From: Lama glama
Taxonomy: Eukaryota
NCBI GenBank assembly: GCA_028534125.1
Contig: CM052817.1
Span: 7,070,001 to 7,134,000 of the forward strand
Length of the DNA stretch: 64,000 nucleotides
Reading direction: 5' to 3'
Position 1 is the first letter of the stretch. The number at the start of each line of letters is the position of its first letter. Below the pieces are notes generated by a model, which was not told the origin of the DNA, did no database searches, and worked only from the letters and a program-made list of their open reading frames with translations. The translations under genes and the position numbers were made by a program. Below are positions 11,698-23,988 of this stretch, one piece after another.

Positions 11698-13074
11698 ACA
11701 AATTCTTTTCAGATAAGCCATGTGTTACATAGTAGCACTTGCATGTCTCTCCCATATATTATTTAGTAAACATTCAGGAAATACATGCCTTTTTAAATTT
11801 TTAATCAAAAAAAATCTGTTAGCCACATCAATTTTTTTTTGTTTGTTTTCATTTATTATAAGTAGTTTACTGGGGTGTCAAATGGGCAGAGGACAGAGTT
11901 GGGCTGTAATTTATGCTACCATGCATTTAAAAATTATTGAATGCATTGTTTCTCATTATTCAAGCGCATACTGAGAAGAAATAATAAACTGAGGAGAAGT
12001 AAAAAATATGGAAGTGAGACTGAGCTAACACACATGGTCAGTCCTGGACACTCATTAATTTAGTACAAGAATGGATGCATGTCTTTGAGAATTTGTGCTC
12101 AAAACAAATTGGAAACTTCATGGGAAAAACACGGTGTTGTGATACCAGGTTGTAGCTGAAATGTAGGGCAAGGATCAATGTACACAGTTTCAAATTATGG
12201 CTTATGGAACCATTTGCAAATGACCCTTTCTCATGTTACACATGGAAATAAACAAATGAACATGTCAAAGTACAGTACTAGTATACATTTAACAGGAGAG
12301 CATATTGACATCAATCATTTTCTTTACTGGGACAATGTAACTTAGTTTGGGACCAAAACCACTAGTTTAGGACCAAATTTCCTGCTTGATCAATTTTTTT
12401 GACTCTTGATAAGCTTTTACACTGAAGTATCATGACAATAAAGAACACACTTATTAGCATTTATAAAGTTGTCTCTGCTGGAAATGATGCTGATACAATG
12501 GCAATCTGGTGAGTGGGGACTGGAGAGAGGCTAGCGACGGGAGACCCATCTGAATGTTCCCTAAAGAGACCTGAGACACCCAGCGAAGCTCCCACAACCC
12601 TGCCTTCATGAGGAATTGCAAGATCTCTTGGGAAATATGGCAAAATGTAATCTGAAGATGATCGTACCAAAGAGCATCCCTTATCTCTCAGTGGAATGGA
12701 TACCTCAGGTGATCAGAGACTTCAGTTCCTCTCGGAGGAAGTTAAGATTGTTGACTTGAATTGTGGTCAGAGGGGCAGAGGTTTTGTTTGCTCGTGTGTG
12801 TGTTTGTGTGCTTGTTTGTTTTTAGTAAGACCCCAAGCATCTCCTATCTCTATTTATGGGGAAGTACTTTATTCTGCAATTTGTTTTCTTCATAACCCAA
12901 AGATATCAGGTTACCCATTGGAAATCGATTAAAAAAACTACCAAAATTAGGTGGATGGGAGAACAGTAAAAGGTTCAATGGGGCCAATGTTAGTAATAAA
13001 AGAGCTTGGCAAGGCTGAGTGAAGATTCCTCCTGTTGAAGATGCTTGGGAAGAGAGCTGTAAGAGCAAAGGATG

Positions 13075-13140
13075 CAATAAGGGGAGGAGAGAGAAAGAGA
13101 GAGAGAGAGGAGAGAGAGAACAGAGTGCTGAAGGAGAGAT
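13075..13140. repeat. GA-rich polypurine tract
   Basis: GGGGAGGAGAGAGAAAGAGAGAGAGAGAGGAGAGAGAGAA. Confidence 0.85.
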
Positions 13141-13289
13141 AACGTGGCAAAAACTAGGTTCAAATACGATCAATGTTCCAGATTGAAACCAGGACACAGA
13201 AGTGCATTTATGCATTTATTACAGTTTAGTCACTGAGAAAACAAAATATAACCTATAGAACTGAAAGGAACAATATACAGAAGGAATTA

Positions 13290-13710
13290 GAATATCAACT
13301 CTGTTATGTACTGGCTGTGAAACCTTGGGAAATCAGGCAACTTCTGCCGAAAAGTAACAAAGATTAGTAGTGTATTGGCAAAGAGACGCCCTTGGAAACC
13401 AGAACAGCAGTGTTCAAATCCAAGCTTCAGGTGCTCTCCAGATTCCCATCCATAAAGCAGGAATGACAGTACCTACCGCACTGAGTTGTTGGACAATTAA
13501 ATCAGGAATCCATATAAGTTTTAAACAGCAATTAAGCATAAAGTGAGCATTCAATAAATACTAACTATATCATTTGCTTTAGATTCTCAAAGCACAAGTT
13601 TCTTATGAATAGCAATGCTTGCTCTGCCCAACTTGAAGGATTGCTTAGGAAAATCAAATGATGTGATGGATATAAAAAGAGCTTTGCAGACTCAGGGAAT
13701 TATAAATTGC
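13290..13710 (+). mobile_element. Cluster of MIR fragments
   Basis: TACTGGCTGTGAAACCTTGGGAAATCA; GTTCAAATCCAAGCT...CCCATCCATAAAGCAGGAATGACAGTACCTACC...GTGAGCATTCAATAAATA. Confidence 0.75.
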
Positions 13711-14074
13711 TGGAATACAAGCACACTGTTCATTCAGCTAAATCGATTCTGCACTTGCAAACAGCAGAGTAGGAGCCGGAATCCAGGTACTACTAGTTTC
13801 TGTCTCCTCTATTCTATAGGTTAATTTTCATTTTATTAAAGATAAGCACCTCCATATTCAAGTTCTAAATCTAAATTGTGTGAAATTGGCCCCACGGTGT
13901 TTCCACAGAGTTAAAGCTACCGGGAAAATCCTATATACTGTTAGGGAACCTCTGTTTCTGAATGGGATAGGAGAAATGTTTTGACAGTCATTCTCCTTGT
14001 GGAAACATCAGGTTGCTGCCTAAAGTATCCTGATCAAGTATCGTAGTGACGGGAAGATGCCTGCAGGGCTCACG

Positions 14075-14295
14075 ATAATCACGAACACACAGCAGGTGCA
14101 CATCCTGTGCCAGGCGCTGTAGCCATCATTTCATATCTTTAATCTCATCCATTTCTCACAAGCCCATAAACAATATTCTCATTATACAGATGAGAGAATA
14201 GTGTAGGAGCCTTTAAGTAATTGACCCCAAACCATAGATTTACGGGACAGGGATTGAGGTCTCAGTCCGTCTGGATCCAAACCCGCCTTCTGAAA
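14075..14295 (-). mobile_element. MIR SINE
   Basis: TGTGCCAGGCGCTGT...ATCTCATCCATTTCTCACAAG...CTCATTATACAGATGAGA...TAAGTAATTGACCCAA. Confidence 0.75.
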
Positions 14296-14443
14296 CTGTT
14301 TTCCAGTGCCTGCACCAATGCTGTTTCCTGTGGCCGCCTCCTCTCTGTTTTCCTGAGCCTTTCTTCTTTCTCCTTAGACATGGAGCCAAACACTTAGTTC
14401 TTTCTTCCCGAAATATCTTCTCTGCAACTAGACACAGGAATAG

Positions 14444-15077
14444 TGATGCAGGAAAAACGGATGTGGGGCGTGAGAAGGGCTGTGTCCCAGGCTTCAGCTG
14501 AGACCCTAGGATGTGCCCCGCCAAGTGTGGGTCCTTGGTTTCATGCAGGAAAGAATTCAAGAGCCAGCCACAGTTGAGTAAAGGTAGATTTATTCAGAGA
14601 GATACATTGAAAGGCAAGAGAAAGGCCATGAGGTGTAGGGGTTGGGTGCTCAGATTAGAACAGAAGTAGGTACACTCTCCATAGACAGACTGCGGGCCGT
14701 CTCTGAACAAAGAGAGAGAGAAGAGCCCGTGAGGGGCAGTGTTGCCAGTTTTTATGGGCTTTGTAGCTTCATGTGCTAATAAGTGGAAGGACCAGTCTAA
14801 CTAGCCTGGGGAAGGGGCTGGGACTCCCAGGAAGTTGACCTTTTCCCACTCTTCGACCTATTGTGGCTAGCCTTGGGACTGTCATGGTGCCCGTGGGCAT
14901 GTTATTCGCCATGCTAATATATTACAATAAGCATATAATGAAGCTCAAATTCTCCTAGAAGTTAAATCTCCCACCATCTTGAGCCTCAAGGCCTCCCGGG
15001 GTTGAATCTTTCACTATTTTGATGTTAATTGCTGTAGGATTCCTTGAATGGCTGTGCGCTGCCCCATTCCTGTCTCA
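14444..15077 (-). mobile_element. Complete ERV1 solo LTR of MER41 type (634 bp)
   Basis: TG...CA termini with a perfect 4-bp TSD ATAG (14440-14443 / 15078-15081). The minus strand has CAAGATGG...CTTCATTATATGC...ATTAGCATG...CACCATGACAG, a TATA-like CATAAAA, AATAAA and CTTGAATTCTTTCCTGCATGAAACCAAGGACCC, all MER41 hallmarks. Inserted in a MIR remnant. Confidence 0.9.
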
Positions 15078-15189
15078 ATAGTACCTATCTGAACGGTTTG
15101 TTTCAAGAATTAGGTAAATGAACATATGCCAAGTAATTCTGAAAAAGCAAGGCTTTAAGTAAATGCCCACTATGGCTTTTTTTCCTTTC

Positions 15190-16480
15190 TTTCATTTTGA
15201 AACAAACTGGCCATTTTACGAAATTTGCAAAAACAGAACAAGCACTTTTATTTTGTGAACTGTTTGTCAACCTTACTGGTATGTCCCATCACCCTCACTT
15301 CACTGTGTCATCCTTGCAAATAAGGAATTCTCCCACCTAATCTGACATGGCCATAAAAATCAGGAAATTAACACCACGTTACCGCCATCTAATCCTCAGA
15401 CCCCGTTAAGTTTTGCCAATTATCTCAATAGTATCCTTCGTAGCGGAGAGAGGTGGGCCAGACTCACCCACTGAATTTAGCTGTCATCTCTCTTTAGTCT
15501 CCTTTGATGGGAAGCGATTTCTCAGTTTTCCTTGACGTTCAGGACCTCAACACTTTTGAAGACGGCAGGTCACTTTTGTGGAGTTTTGTGCTTGATTTTT
15601 GCAGAGCCTCTCATTTGGGTTTCTCTGACACTCCCTCAGAATTAGACTCAGCTTATGCATCTTTAACCACAATATCAGTTGTTATGCTGTGCTCCTGTTG
15701 CAACCTTTTAGGTGACAGATGATTTTGATTTGACCCTTGATGGATGATGTTAACTTTGATCATTTGATTAATGTGGTCTCTGCCCAGTGTCTCTGCTGGA
15801 AATTATTTTTTTTTTTTAATTTTATTTGACTTGATAAGAATTTTGCAGGAAGGCACTTTGAGACAATGTAAATATTACATCTTTGATTTTCCCTATGTGT
15901 GTATGTATTTAGTTCAGTATGAACAAACAAATCTTTCCTACTTCGTTACTAATGGATGACATTCAACCCATCCCAGATTTGGCTCGTGGGAATCTTTTCA
16001 GCTTCATTCTGTGTCTTTTTACATGTGTCCTTATCATTTTTTAAGAAAATTCTTATTTTTTGGCACAACTAGATGTTCAGGCATCCTGTACTTCTCCTTT
16101 CTCAGCCCTGAAATCGACCATTTTATAGATACCTTGGCTTCTTTCAGGGGAGAATTGTGTCTGGGAACCCAGCTCTGAACACAAGGAATGCACACGGCTG
16201 CTGGGTTGCTGTAGCTCCCAGGCACTCAGTCAGTGGACAGATCTAGGGGTATGTGCATGTATACTAACAGACCCATTTACATTTGTATTTATTTATATGC
16301 CCATCTAGTTATCTATCGATGGATGTTAAAAATATATACCAGTACCACCAATTTCATTCCAAAACCTTAGATTTCATCCCAGTGTTTTCTCTCCGTAACA
16401 CTCTTTTCTAGTGGAGGGAAGCCTGAATCCCATTTTCCTCAACATACTTCCTTATTTAATCCATCTCCCTGTATGTAAAA
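15190..16480 (-). mobile_element. L1MC-type 3' region
   Basis: AAAATCAGGAAATTAACA...TCTAATCCTCAGACCCC...TTTAGTCTCCTTT; CCCAGATTTGGC...TTTTGGCACAACTAGATGTTCAGGC...CAGCCCTGAAATCGACCATTT. Confidence 0.75.
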
Positions 16481-17622
16481 AAATCTCCCAACACCTCTGC
16501 TACTTACTCCTACCCCTGGCAAACACCCTCTTCACCACGAATATCTTTAAAGACTTCACACCAAGAATTCTCCTCATATAATGCCTTCCTTATCACTCCA
16601 CCTGAGGCTCCAGCACCCCAAAATAACCACCCTCCCAATGTGCAGAGGCTCCCCGTACCCCACTGGGATTCTCACACCCCATTCTGGTCCAGGCCATCAT
16701 CACGACAGCACCTTCCTCTCACGAGGACAAGCCTCTCACTCCACTTGGACCTGAACTCTAACGCTGCACGCCGGCTTGTCCCCGCCCGCTGACCCCACTG
16801 AGACCACTGTGCCTGGTCTCTGACGCCCCTCACTGGACCATCACCTCTACCCTGTGGATGTCCAAACTCTGACAGGCGGCTGTGGCTATAACCTCCTACC
16901 CTACGACTGCCTCGCACAGAGATGTCTGCCTCAATTGCCCACCCTTAATTGATTTTAAACTGAATGGACCAAAAAGAGAAGACAAAGGGAAGGAGAAAGA
17001 GGAATAGGCTGAGAAAGGGGGTGAGGAGGCAGGAGGAAGAACAACATGTTAGTTTTAAATCTTTGGTATTATTATTAATAACTTATTGTTCTCTTTTCTT
17101 ATGTAAAAATCTTGTCCTAGCAAATCGTCTGTTATTGGTCACTATGTCTCAGGGTGAGCTTCATTAAACCCTCAAATTTGTCACATTTTCTGCTCAAATG
17201 TTGTTTAGTAGGTTTGTTACTGAAAATGAGGAAACTGATCTTTAAAGAGCGTGTCTTTCCCAATGTCTTATGGCTATTAGGTGGTATGTGGTATTGTGAG
17301 CATTCAGTCTCTTTGAGGTAATGAAAGAACCCCTCCCTTGCAAAGAAACACACAATCCTTGGTACCAGGCTGTAAGGGACAGGAGCAGAGGCAGGGAATG
17401 GCACTGTTACTAGAGTAGGAATTTTGCCTTAATCTCTGAAAGTATAATCGAAACCATCCCTCACTTGCAGGAGAGTCAGAAATGGGTTCTACTCTTTTTA
17501 ATGTCCTGTCTCTTTGAAGCCTAAATACAAGTGTTTCCTTCTGTCTCCCCAAATTCAGAGCCATGATTAAAAAGAGGAGTTAGGAAGTGCATGAAATGTA
17601 ACTCGGGAGACCTGCATTTCAG

Positions 17623-18216
17623 CAACAACCTGATTAAAAAATGGGCAGAGGGCTTGAATAGACATTTTTCTAAAGAAGACAGACCAATGACCAACAGACA
17701 CACGAACAGATGTTCAACATCACTTACCGTCAGAAAAATGCAAATCAAAAATACAGTGAGATATCACTTCACAATTGTCAGAATGGCTGTCATCAAAAAG
17801 ACAAGAAATAACAAGTGCTGGTGAGGATGTGGTGTAAAGAGAACACTTATGCACTGTTGGTAGGAATGTAAATTGGTGCAACCACTATGGAAAACAGTAT
17901 GGAGATTCCTCAAAAAGTTAAAAAGTAGAACTACCATATGATCTAGCAATCCACTTACGGGTACTTACCTGAGAAAAAGCAAAAACACTAATTCAAAAAG
18001 ACACATACACCCCAATGTTCATTGCAGCATTTACAACAGCCAAGACATATAAAAACAACCTCATAGTCCATCAATAGATAAACGGATGAAGAAGTAGCAT
18101 ATATATGTAGACGGTTACTAGACTTAACACGTTGATCCTTTCATATCACATTGAATCACTGTGTAGTACACCTAAAGCAAACATAATGTTGTTTGTCAAC
18201 TATATTTCAATAAAAA
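17623..18216 (+). mobile_element. 5'-truncated L1: ORF2 C-terminus plus 3'UTR end, with an internal deletion near 18105
   Basis: Encodes [19 protein letters not shown]...[33 protein letters not shown] and ends TGTCAACTATATTTCAATAAAAA. Confidence 0.92.
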
Positions 18217-18444
18217 CTGAGTTTTAAAGAAATAGTTACAAATAAACTTCTTATTAAAGCAGAATAATTTTTTAAAAAAGGAAGGCTCTACCACCATCTG
18301 GTTATGTGATCTTGGGAAAGGGGGCAACCTTCGTGGAAATCTTGTGAGTAACAAGATAGAAATGTACACAAAAACAAGATGGCCAAGAAACTATAGCTTT
18401 GATTATGAGTGTAATTTATTTAAATGAATATGACTACTGTCTTA

Positions 18445-18680
18445 TTATAGTCTAGCAAATTGATAAAGAACATGGACTTGGAAGTCAGACTTGGGTTCAA
18501 ATCTAGGTTTAGTCATGTAATATCTATGTGATCTTGGGCTTATTACACAACCCATCCAAGCTCCTTTTTTTATCTTTTTCATTTAGAAAATAGAGTTAAT
18601 AGTAATTAATAGTCATTCTTAAATCATAGGATTGGTGGAAAGATAAAAGACACATTATAAGTACCTAGGACATAATAACC
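18445..18680 (+). mobile_element. MIR SINE
   Basis: AAAGAACATGGACTTGGAAGTCAGACTTGGGTTCAAATCTAGG...TGTGATCTTGGGC. Confidence 0.8.
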
Positions 18681-19487
18681 CTTTCCAGTTATTTTTGTAT
18701 ATCCTTCAGTGAAATTGGTTATCTTTAATATTTTTTGAAAGTTAGAAAATCTATTGATTCACTATTTCCATTCCATCATGCTTAGATTCAAAACTCTTGG
18801 AACCTCATTGCTTTGTGTCTGATTGTGACTCTTCATAAACCCATGTAAAGCCACATCAGGTTTAAAGTTCTCAAATCTAAAGAAAAATAATAATAAAGGC
18901 TGGAGAGCAGACACAGGGATCAAGTAGGACTATTTAAAAAGCCTGTCCCTGCATCCCACAGAGAAATTGGCTCTTTGAGTTATCCTTCACTCTACAACCT
19001 TCTAACCTGCAAACAAAATAATCCATAAACACATAAACAAAGAGGTTAGGTACCTGCCTAAGAGAGTCAATGCTTCATTTTTCTCAAATTCTAAAAAAAG
19101 GGTATGGATTTTGCTAAAAAGATTGTGTGTGGACTGTTAAAGAGCTTGTAAGCTTTGGTTTAGAAGAGGAAGTATGCCCTGAGGAAAGAAGGAAAAAGGA
19201 AGAGAGAGAGAATTTGAGACCAATGAGCTGATTTTTTTTGGAAACCGCACCTAAACTATATCAGAGAGAATGCATTCTTGATGACTGTAGCACAATATTT
19301 TAAAGTGAAAACATTTGAATGGAATGTAAGTTCAGGGAAATCACCATCAAGAGCTCTCTGAACTGCTTTTAGAAGAAAAAAAATGTTATATATTTGTTGA
19401 TTTGCCATGTACTTTCAACAAGCAACTAACATTTATTGAAGATCTGCTATTTTCTTAAAAGCCTGAGAGGATGGTGACAATATTCAA

Positions 19488-19866
19488 CAAATACTGTATG
19501 ATGTCAGTTATATGTGGAATCTAAAAACATCAAACCTGTGAACACAGAGAGTAATATGGGGATTACCAGGGGCTGGTAAGTGGGCGAATAGGAGAGATGT
19601 TAAGGGTATAAACTTGCAACTAGGAGTAAATAAGTCCTGGAGATCTAATGCACGGCATGGTGAATATAAACAACAATATTGTACTATAATCATCAAACTT
19701 GCTGAGAGGCTAGATCTTAATTATTCCAGCCACAAAAAAAGAAATGATAATTATGTGACATGATAGAGGTGATAACCATCATGATAGCAGTCATATATCA
19801 AACCAACATGTTGTGCACCTGAAATTTACACAATGCTATATATCAAATATACTTCAATTAAAAAAT
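19488..19866 (+). mobile_element. L1MA9-like L1 3' end
   Basis: CAAATACTGTATGAT...TATATGTGGAATCTAAAA...AATAAGTCCTGGAGATCTAATGCAC...TTGCTGAGAG..TAGATCTTAA...ATTTACACAATG...TCAATTAAAAAA. Confidence 0.9.
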
Positions 19867-20428
19867 CAAGAGTATATAATTTAGAGGAGCAGATTTGAAG
19901 GATGGAAGAGGAAACAGTAAACATATGAAAATTATAGCAATGATAAAATCACATTAATAAATACAATTTGGACCATGTACTGCATTAGTCCTGGTACTCA
20001 CAACTAGTGATTGGTGGCCTCTATTTCACTGGAACTTTAACTGACTTCTTACTGGCTCACTACTTGGCATTGCCTAGTTGTCTTAGTCGTCCAGGCAAAA
20101 TGTTTCTGGACATCATTCTTGCTTTCTTCTTTCGGCAATCCCGAACTCTCCTTCATCAAATTCTACTAATAATAACTCTTAAATTTCTTTCCACTTAATA
20201 AAATTATCTCCATCATCATTGTCGCTGTCTTTGTTACAGCCACCACCAACTCTCACTATAACATAATAACATACTCCTGTTTTCATACGGTCCCTATTCT
20301 ACACTTCTCACTGTATGCATACCTTGGCCTTGACCTCTCGGTGAGCTGGGTGTATTCCTTTTTCCCTTGACATTGTGTTTGTCCATAGAACTTTGGCTAA
20401 TGAGGTATGGGAGAAAATAGCCTTAAGA

Positions 20429-20643
20429 GAACACTGTCCAATACAACCTTCTGCAATGATGGAAATATTCATTACCATTACGTGTGCTGTTGAATACCAT
20501 ATTGGTGACATGCAGTATTTGGGCTCTTGGAATGTGTCTATTACAAAATAAATAACTTTTAAATTTTTTATTTAATTTTAATTAATTGAAACAAATTGAA
20601 ATGGCCACATATAATAAGGGGGCTACCATATTGAATGGTAGAG
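20429..20643. mobile_element. MER3-type hAT-Charlie DNA transposon
   Basis: CTGTCCAATACAACCTTCTGCAATGATGGAAATATTC...TTTTATTTAATTTTAATTAATT...GGCTACCATATTG, flanked by a near-perfect 8-bp TSD CCTTAAGA (20421-20428) / CCTTGAGA (20644-20651). Confidence 0.88.
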
Positions 20644-20689
20644 CCTTGAGAAATCTCACAAATTTGTTTCCTCTCTAGCATCTCTGCTA

Positions 20690-20890
20690 TCTCTGTAAGA
20701 TTCACATGCTCAGTTTTGCCCACTGGTCTAAAAAGAATGAGAGATACAGGGAGCAAGTTACCTCCTGCTGAGCACAGCCTACATCAGCTGACCTTCAACT
20801 GACCTGAAGCTACATTAAAGAGAATGTATTGTTGTTGTCATAAGCCGCCAAGTGTGGGGTGATTTGTCATGCAGCAAAGCTAACTGATAC
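20690..20890 (+). mobile_element. MLT1-type LTR 3' fragment
   Basis: GCTGAGCACAGCCTACATCAGCTGACC...TTGTTGTCATAAGCC...TTTGTCATGCAGCAAAGCTAACTGATAC. Confidence 0.7.
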
Positions 20891-20989
20891 CCTTGCCATG
20901 CACTGGTGCTTACTCCTCACCCCTTCAGTATGTTGGAATCAAAGTGTTCTTTTACAACTGAAAATCTAGTCTTAACCACTGTACTCCTC

Positions 20990-21455
20990 ATCATCCTTCC
21001 AGGACTTCCCACTGTCCTCATAACAGAATGTAAACTTCTTGATATGAATTCCAGGGTTCTTGGAAATCCTTCCTTTACTTCCTTCAGCAACCACTTCCTC
21101 ATATTTCTTCATCTTAAAAGCCATCTCAACCCCTATTATTTTCCATGTTCTAATTTTAACCCATTTAACCACTATTCACTCTTCAGGTCTTAGCTTGACT
21201 CTATTTATGTTTGGAAATCTTTGACTGACCACCCACTGTGGGATTCAGCTTCCCCATTTTCTGCTCCTCTGGCATCGCTGAGTCACCCCTTTAGAAACTC
21301 TCATCTCCTGCATTACAATAGATATTTTTACTTGTCTTTCTTTCCCAGTATATTAATTCCTTGAGGGGAAGAACTGTGAAGGTGGTAATTCCTATTCTAG
21401 AAGTGTTTCTAGGACATAGCAAGTGCATAATAAATTAGTTTCAAATAAGTGAACT
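20990..21455 (+). mobile_element. L2 LINE 3' fragment
   Basis: TTACTTGTCTTTCTTTCCCA...TTCCTTGAGGGGAAGAACTGTG...GACATAGCAAGTGCATAATAAATTAGTT. Confidence 0.65.
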
Positions 21456-22324
21456 ACCATGTAAGTGCTAGAATTAGGAATAAAATTTTGATGATTCAAA
21501 ATTTGAGTTTAATATCCTTCCTAAATTGCGGTTGTCTTGATCATGCCAGACTTAAGGGCAAGGCTGCAAGAAAACATACAGAGTTTTAAAACATCATATA
21601 ATATTATACAGATGCAAGGCTACATTTATTATTATGTGAGTGATGTTACTGTGCCCGGCATAGGTGAAATCAATAGGGTGCAGAAAGAACTTGAATTTTA
21701 GAATCAGTCAATTAAGTGTTCTTGGCTACATTTTCAAATTAATTTGAGCCTTGTTTTCTGCATCTGAAACATGGACTCATAATTTCTCCCTCAGGGCATT
21801 TGTGTAAGGAAAAGGAAAAGCACAAAACAAATTGCTTGGCTCTGTGCAGGACAAATCACAGGCGACCAAGAGGCTTGTGTTTGCTGACTTTCTCCTTCTT
21901 GGCGGTGATAAAAGAAGATCTCGTTTTCCTGTCTTTCTTATTTGTGTGCTCTTTCCCCTGAAACCACCAGTCTCGTGACTGCTTCCGTTCAATTTTATAT
22001 TGTCACTCAGCCAATTTTAAATATCTGGCCACAGATATTTGGAATTGTTAATAAATCAACACACACTATTTTTGGTAGAATGCAAAGTTCTACAAAATGT
22101 TTCACTTCCGTTACCCTCAATGGTTTTCAGTCCCATATCATCTCCCCTGTTCACTCCCTTCATAGAGACTCTCCCCTCCTTCCTCTTGTCTGTCCACAGA
22201 AGAATTCTCAAGTACAATGTGTGGTTTTGTCCTTTAGTAAAAACAGAATTGTAGCCTTATCATACGAATATTATTCTTTTTCTTGTTTCCAATTTAAGAT
22301 GTTTGTCATTGTTGCTGTTATTCT

Positions 22325-22780
22325 TTAAGCAGATGCAGGATTTGGAGTCAAGGCACCTTTGCATGATTTCTGGTTCTACGGTATGTGTATCCCTTGGGTC
22401 AATTTTTAGTGCTTAGCATTTAAACGTCGGTTTTCCCGTCTTCTTCAGTGAGAATAATAACGTCTACTTCAGAGGTCGTTCTGATAACTAAAAGAGAGGG
22501 CATTCATGAAAATACCTAATACACGGCCCAGTACTTGGATGACCATAAATATGAGTGGAACCTTATTTATAGTGTGCTTTCTGTGGACAGTGCCCTGTGT
22601 ACTAACTGCAAATATAATCCATCCTTCACTCCATACAAACCCCTGAGCCTTGACACGTTGGAGAGATGTGAATCATTAGTGGACTCCATTACACATGCTC
22701 CCTGCAATCCAGAAATCTGGCTTAAAGCTCACGGCCTGTGGGAAGATGAACAGCCAACAGAAAACGATCAGAGGCGAGAG
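22325..22780. mobile_element. Tail-to-tail MIR pair (+ 22325-22560, - 22565-22780)
   Basis: TTTGGAGTCA...GAGAATAATAACGTCTACTTCAGAGG, followed by antisense TTTATAGTGTGCTTTCTGTG...TCACTCCATACAAACCCTGAG. Confidence 0.65.
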
Positions 22781-23488
22781 CCTTATTCCCTTAGCGTCCC
22801 CTAGTGTAACAGGGCTATGTATCCACACGCCTGCGCATTTACAGATCTCTCACTGATGCACTGAAATATGGCCAGACTCCTCACTGCTGCTTCTTAGAGT
22901 GATGTGTTTGACAGTATGTGGGTAACCGTGGGGCTTCTTCTAAACTTTAACCCATTCTGAGTTCATACTGTTTTTGCAATAAGCAGATTCTCTTTCCACT
23001 AGTAAGGAACATTGAATCTGAAATGCGAACACTTGGTCCAAGTCTTGATTCTTCTCTTACCTAGCTGTTGGACTTGCATAAACCATGTCAGCTCACTACT
23101 TGTTTGTAAGGAAGCCTACCAGATCAAACTTATCCCTTCCTCCAAGTTCACCTATAATTAACTGGCTCTATTAAGCTTGCATTGTGCAGTAGGGATTTAA
23201 AAATGCATGCTTGGTAGGTTATAACACACTTTATATCTATCACATTTAGGTGTTAATTGCAATCAATAATGAGTTAATTTATTTAAAAATATAATTATAT
23301 GATCAATGAGATGGCAGGTATAAGGTTTTGTTATGAAAGCTTACTTCTTCCTTCCAACCTTCTCGTTCTCCGTACCCCCACCCTCCCTACCTCCATTCTT
23401 TCTTTCTTTCACAAATACATCAGTAAACAAATTTGTGTTATACAGCAGAGTGAAGTATTGGTTCTGGGATGAAAAGTAACTCACACAG

Positions 23489-23988
23489 NNNNNNNNNNNN
23501 NNNNNNNNNNNNNNNNNNNNNNNNNNNNNNNNNNNNNNNNNNNNNNNNNNNNNNNNNNNNNNNNNNNNNNNNNNNNNNNNNNNNNNNNNNNNNNNNNNNN
23601 NNNNNNNNNNNNNNNNNNNNNNNNNNNNNNNNNNNNNNNNNNNNNNNNNNNNNNNNNNNNNNNNNNNNNNNNNNNNNNNNNNNNNNNNNNNNNNNNNNNN
23701 NNNNNNNNNNNNNNNNNNNNNNNNNNNNNNNNNNNNNNNNNNNNNNNNNNNNNNNNNNNNNNNNNNNNNNNNNNNNNNNNNNNNNNNNNNNNNNNNNNNN
23801 NNNNNNNNNNNNNNNNNNNNNNNNNNNNNNNNNNNNNNNNNNNNNNNNNNNNNNNNNNNNNNNNNNNNNNNNNNNNNNNNNNNNNNNNNNNNNNNNNNNN
23901 NNNNNNNNNNNNNNNNNNNNNNNNNNNNNNNNNNNNNNNNNNNNNNNNNNNNNNNNNNNNNNNNNNNNNNNNNNNNNNNNNNNNNNNN
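23489..23988. other. Assembly gap (500 N)
   Basis: Run of exactly 500 N. Confidence 1.

Noticed and set aside
12343..12377. Direct repeat TAGTTT(G/A)GGACCAAA x2 (also TGACCGTGGGT x2 at 38165-38187)
   Set aside because: Two-copy micro-duplications, common slippage products.
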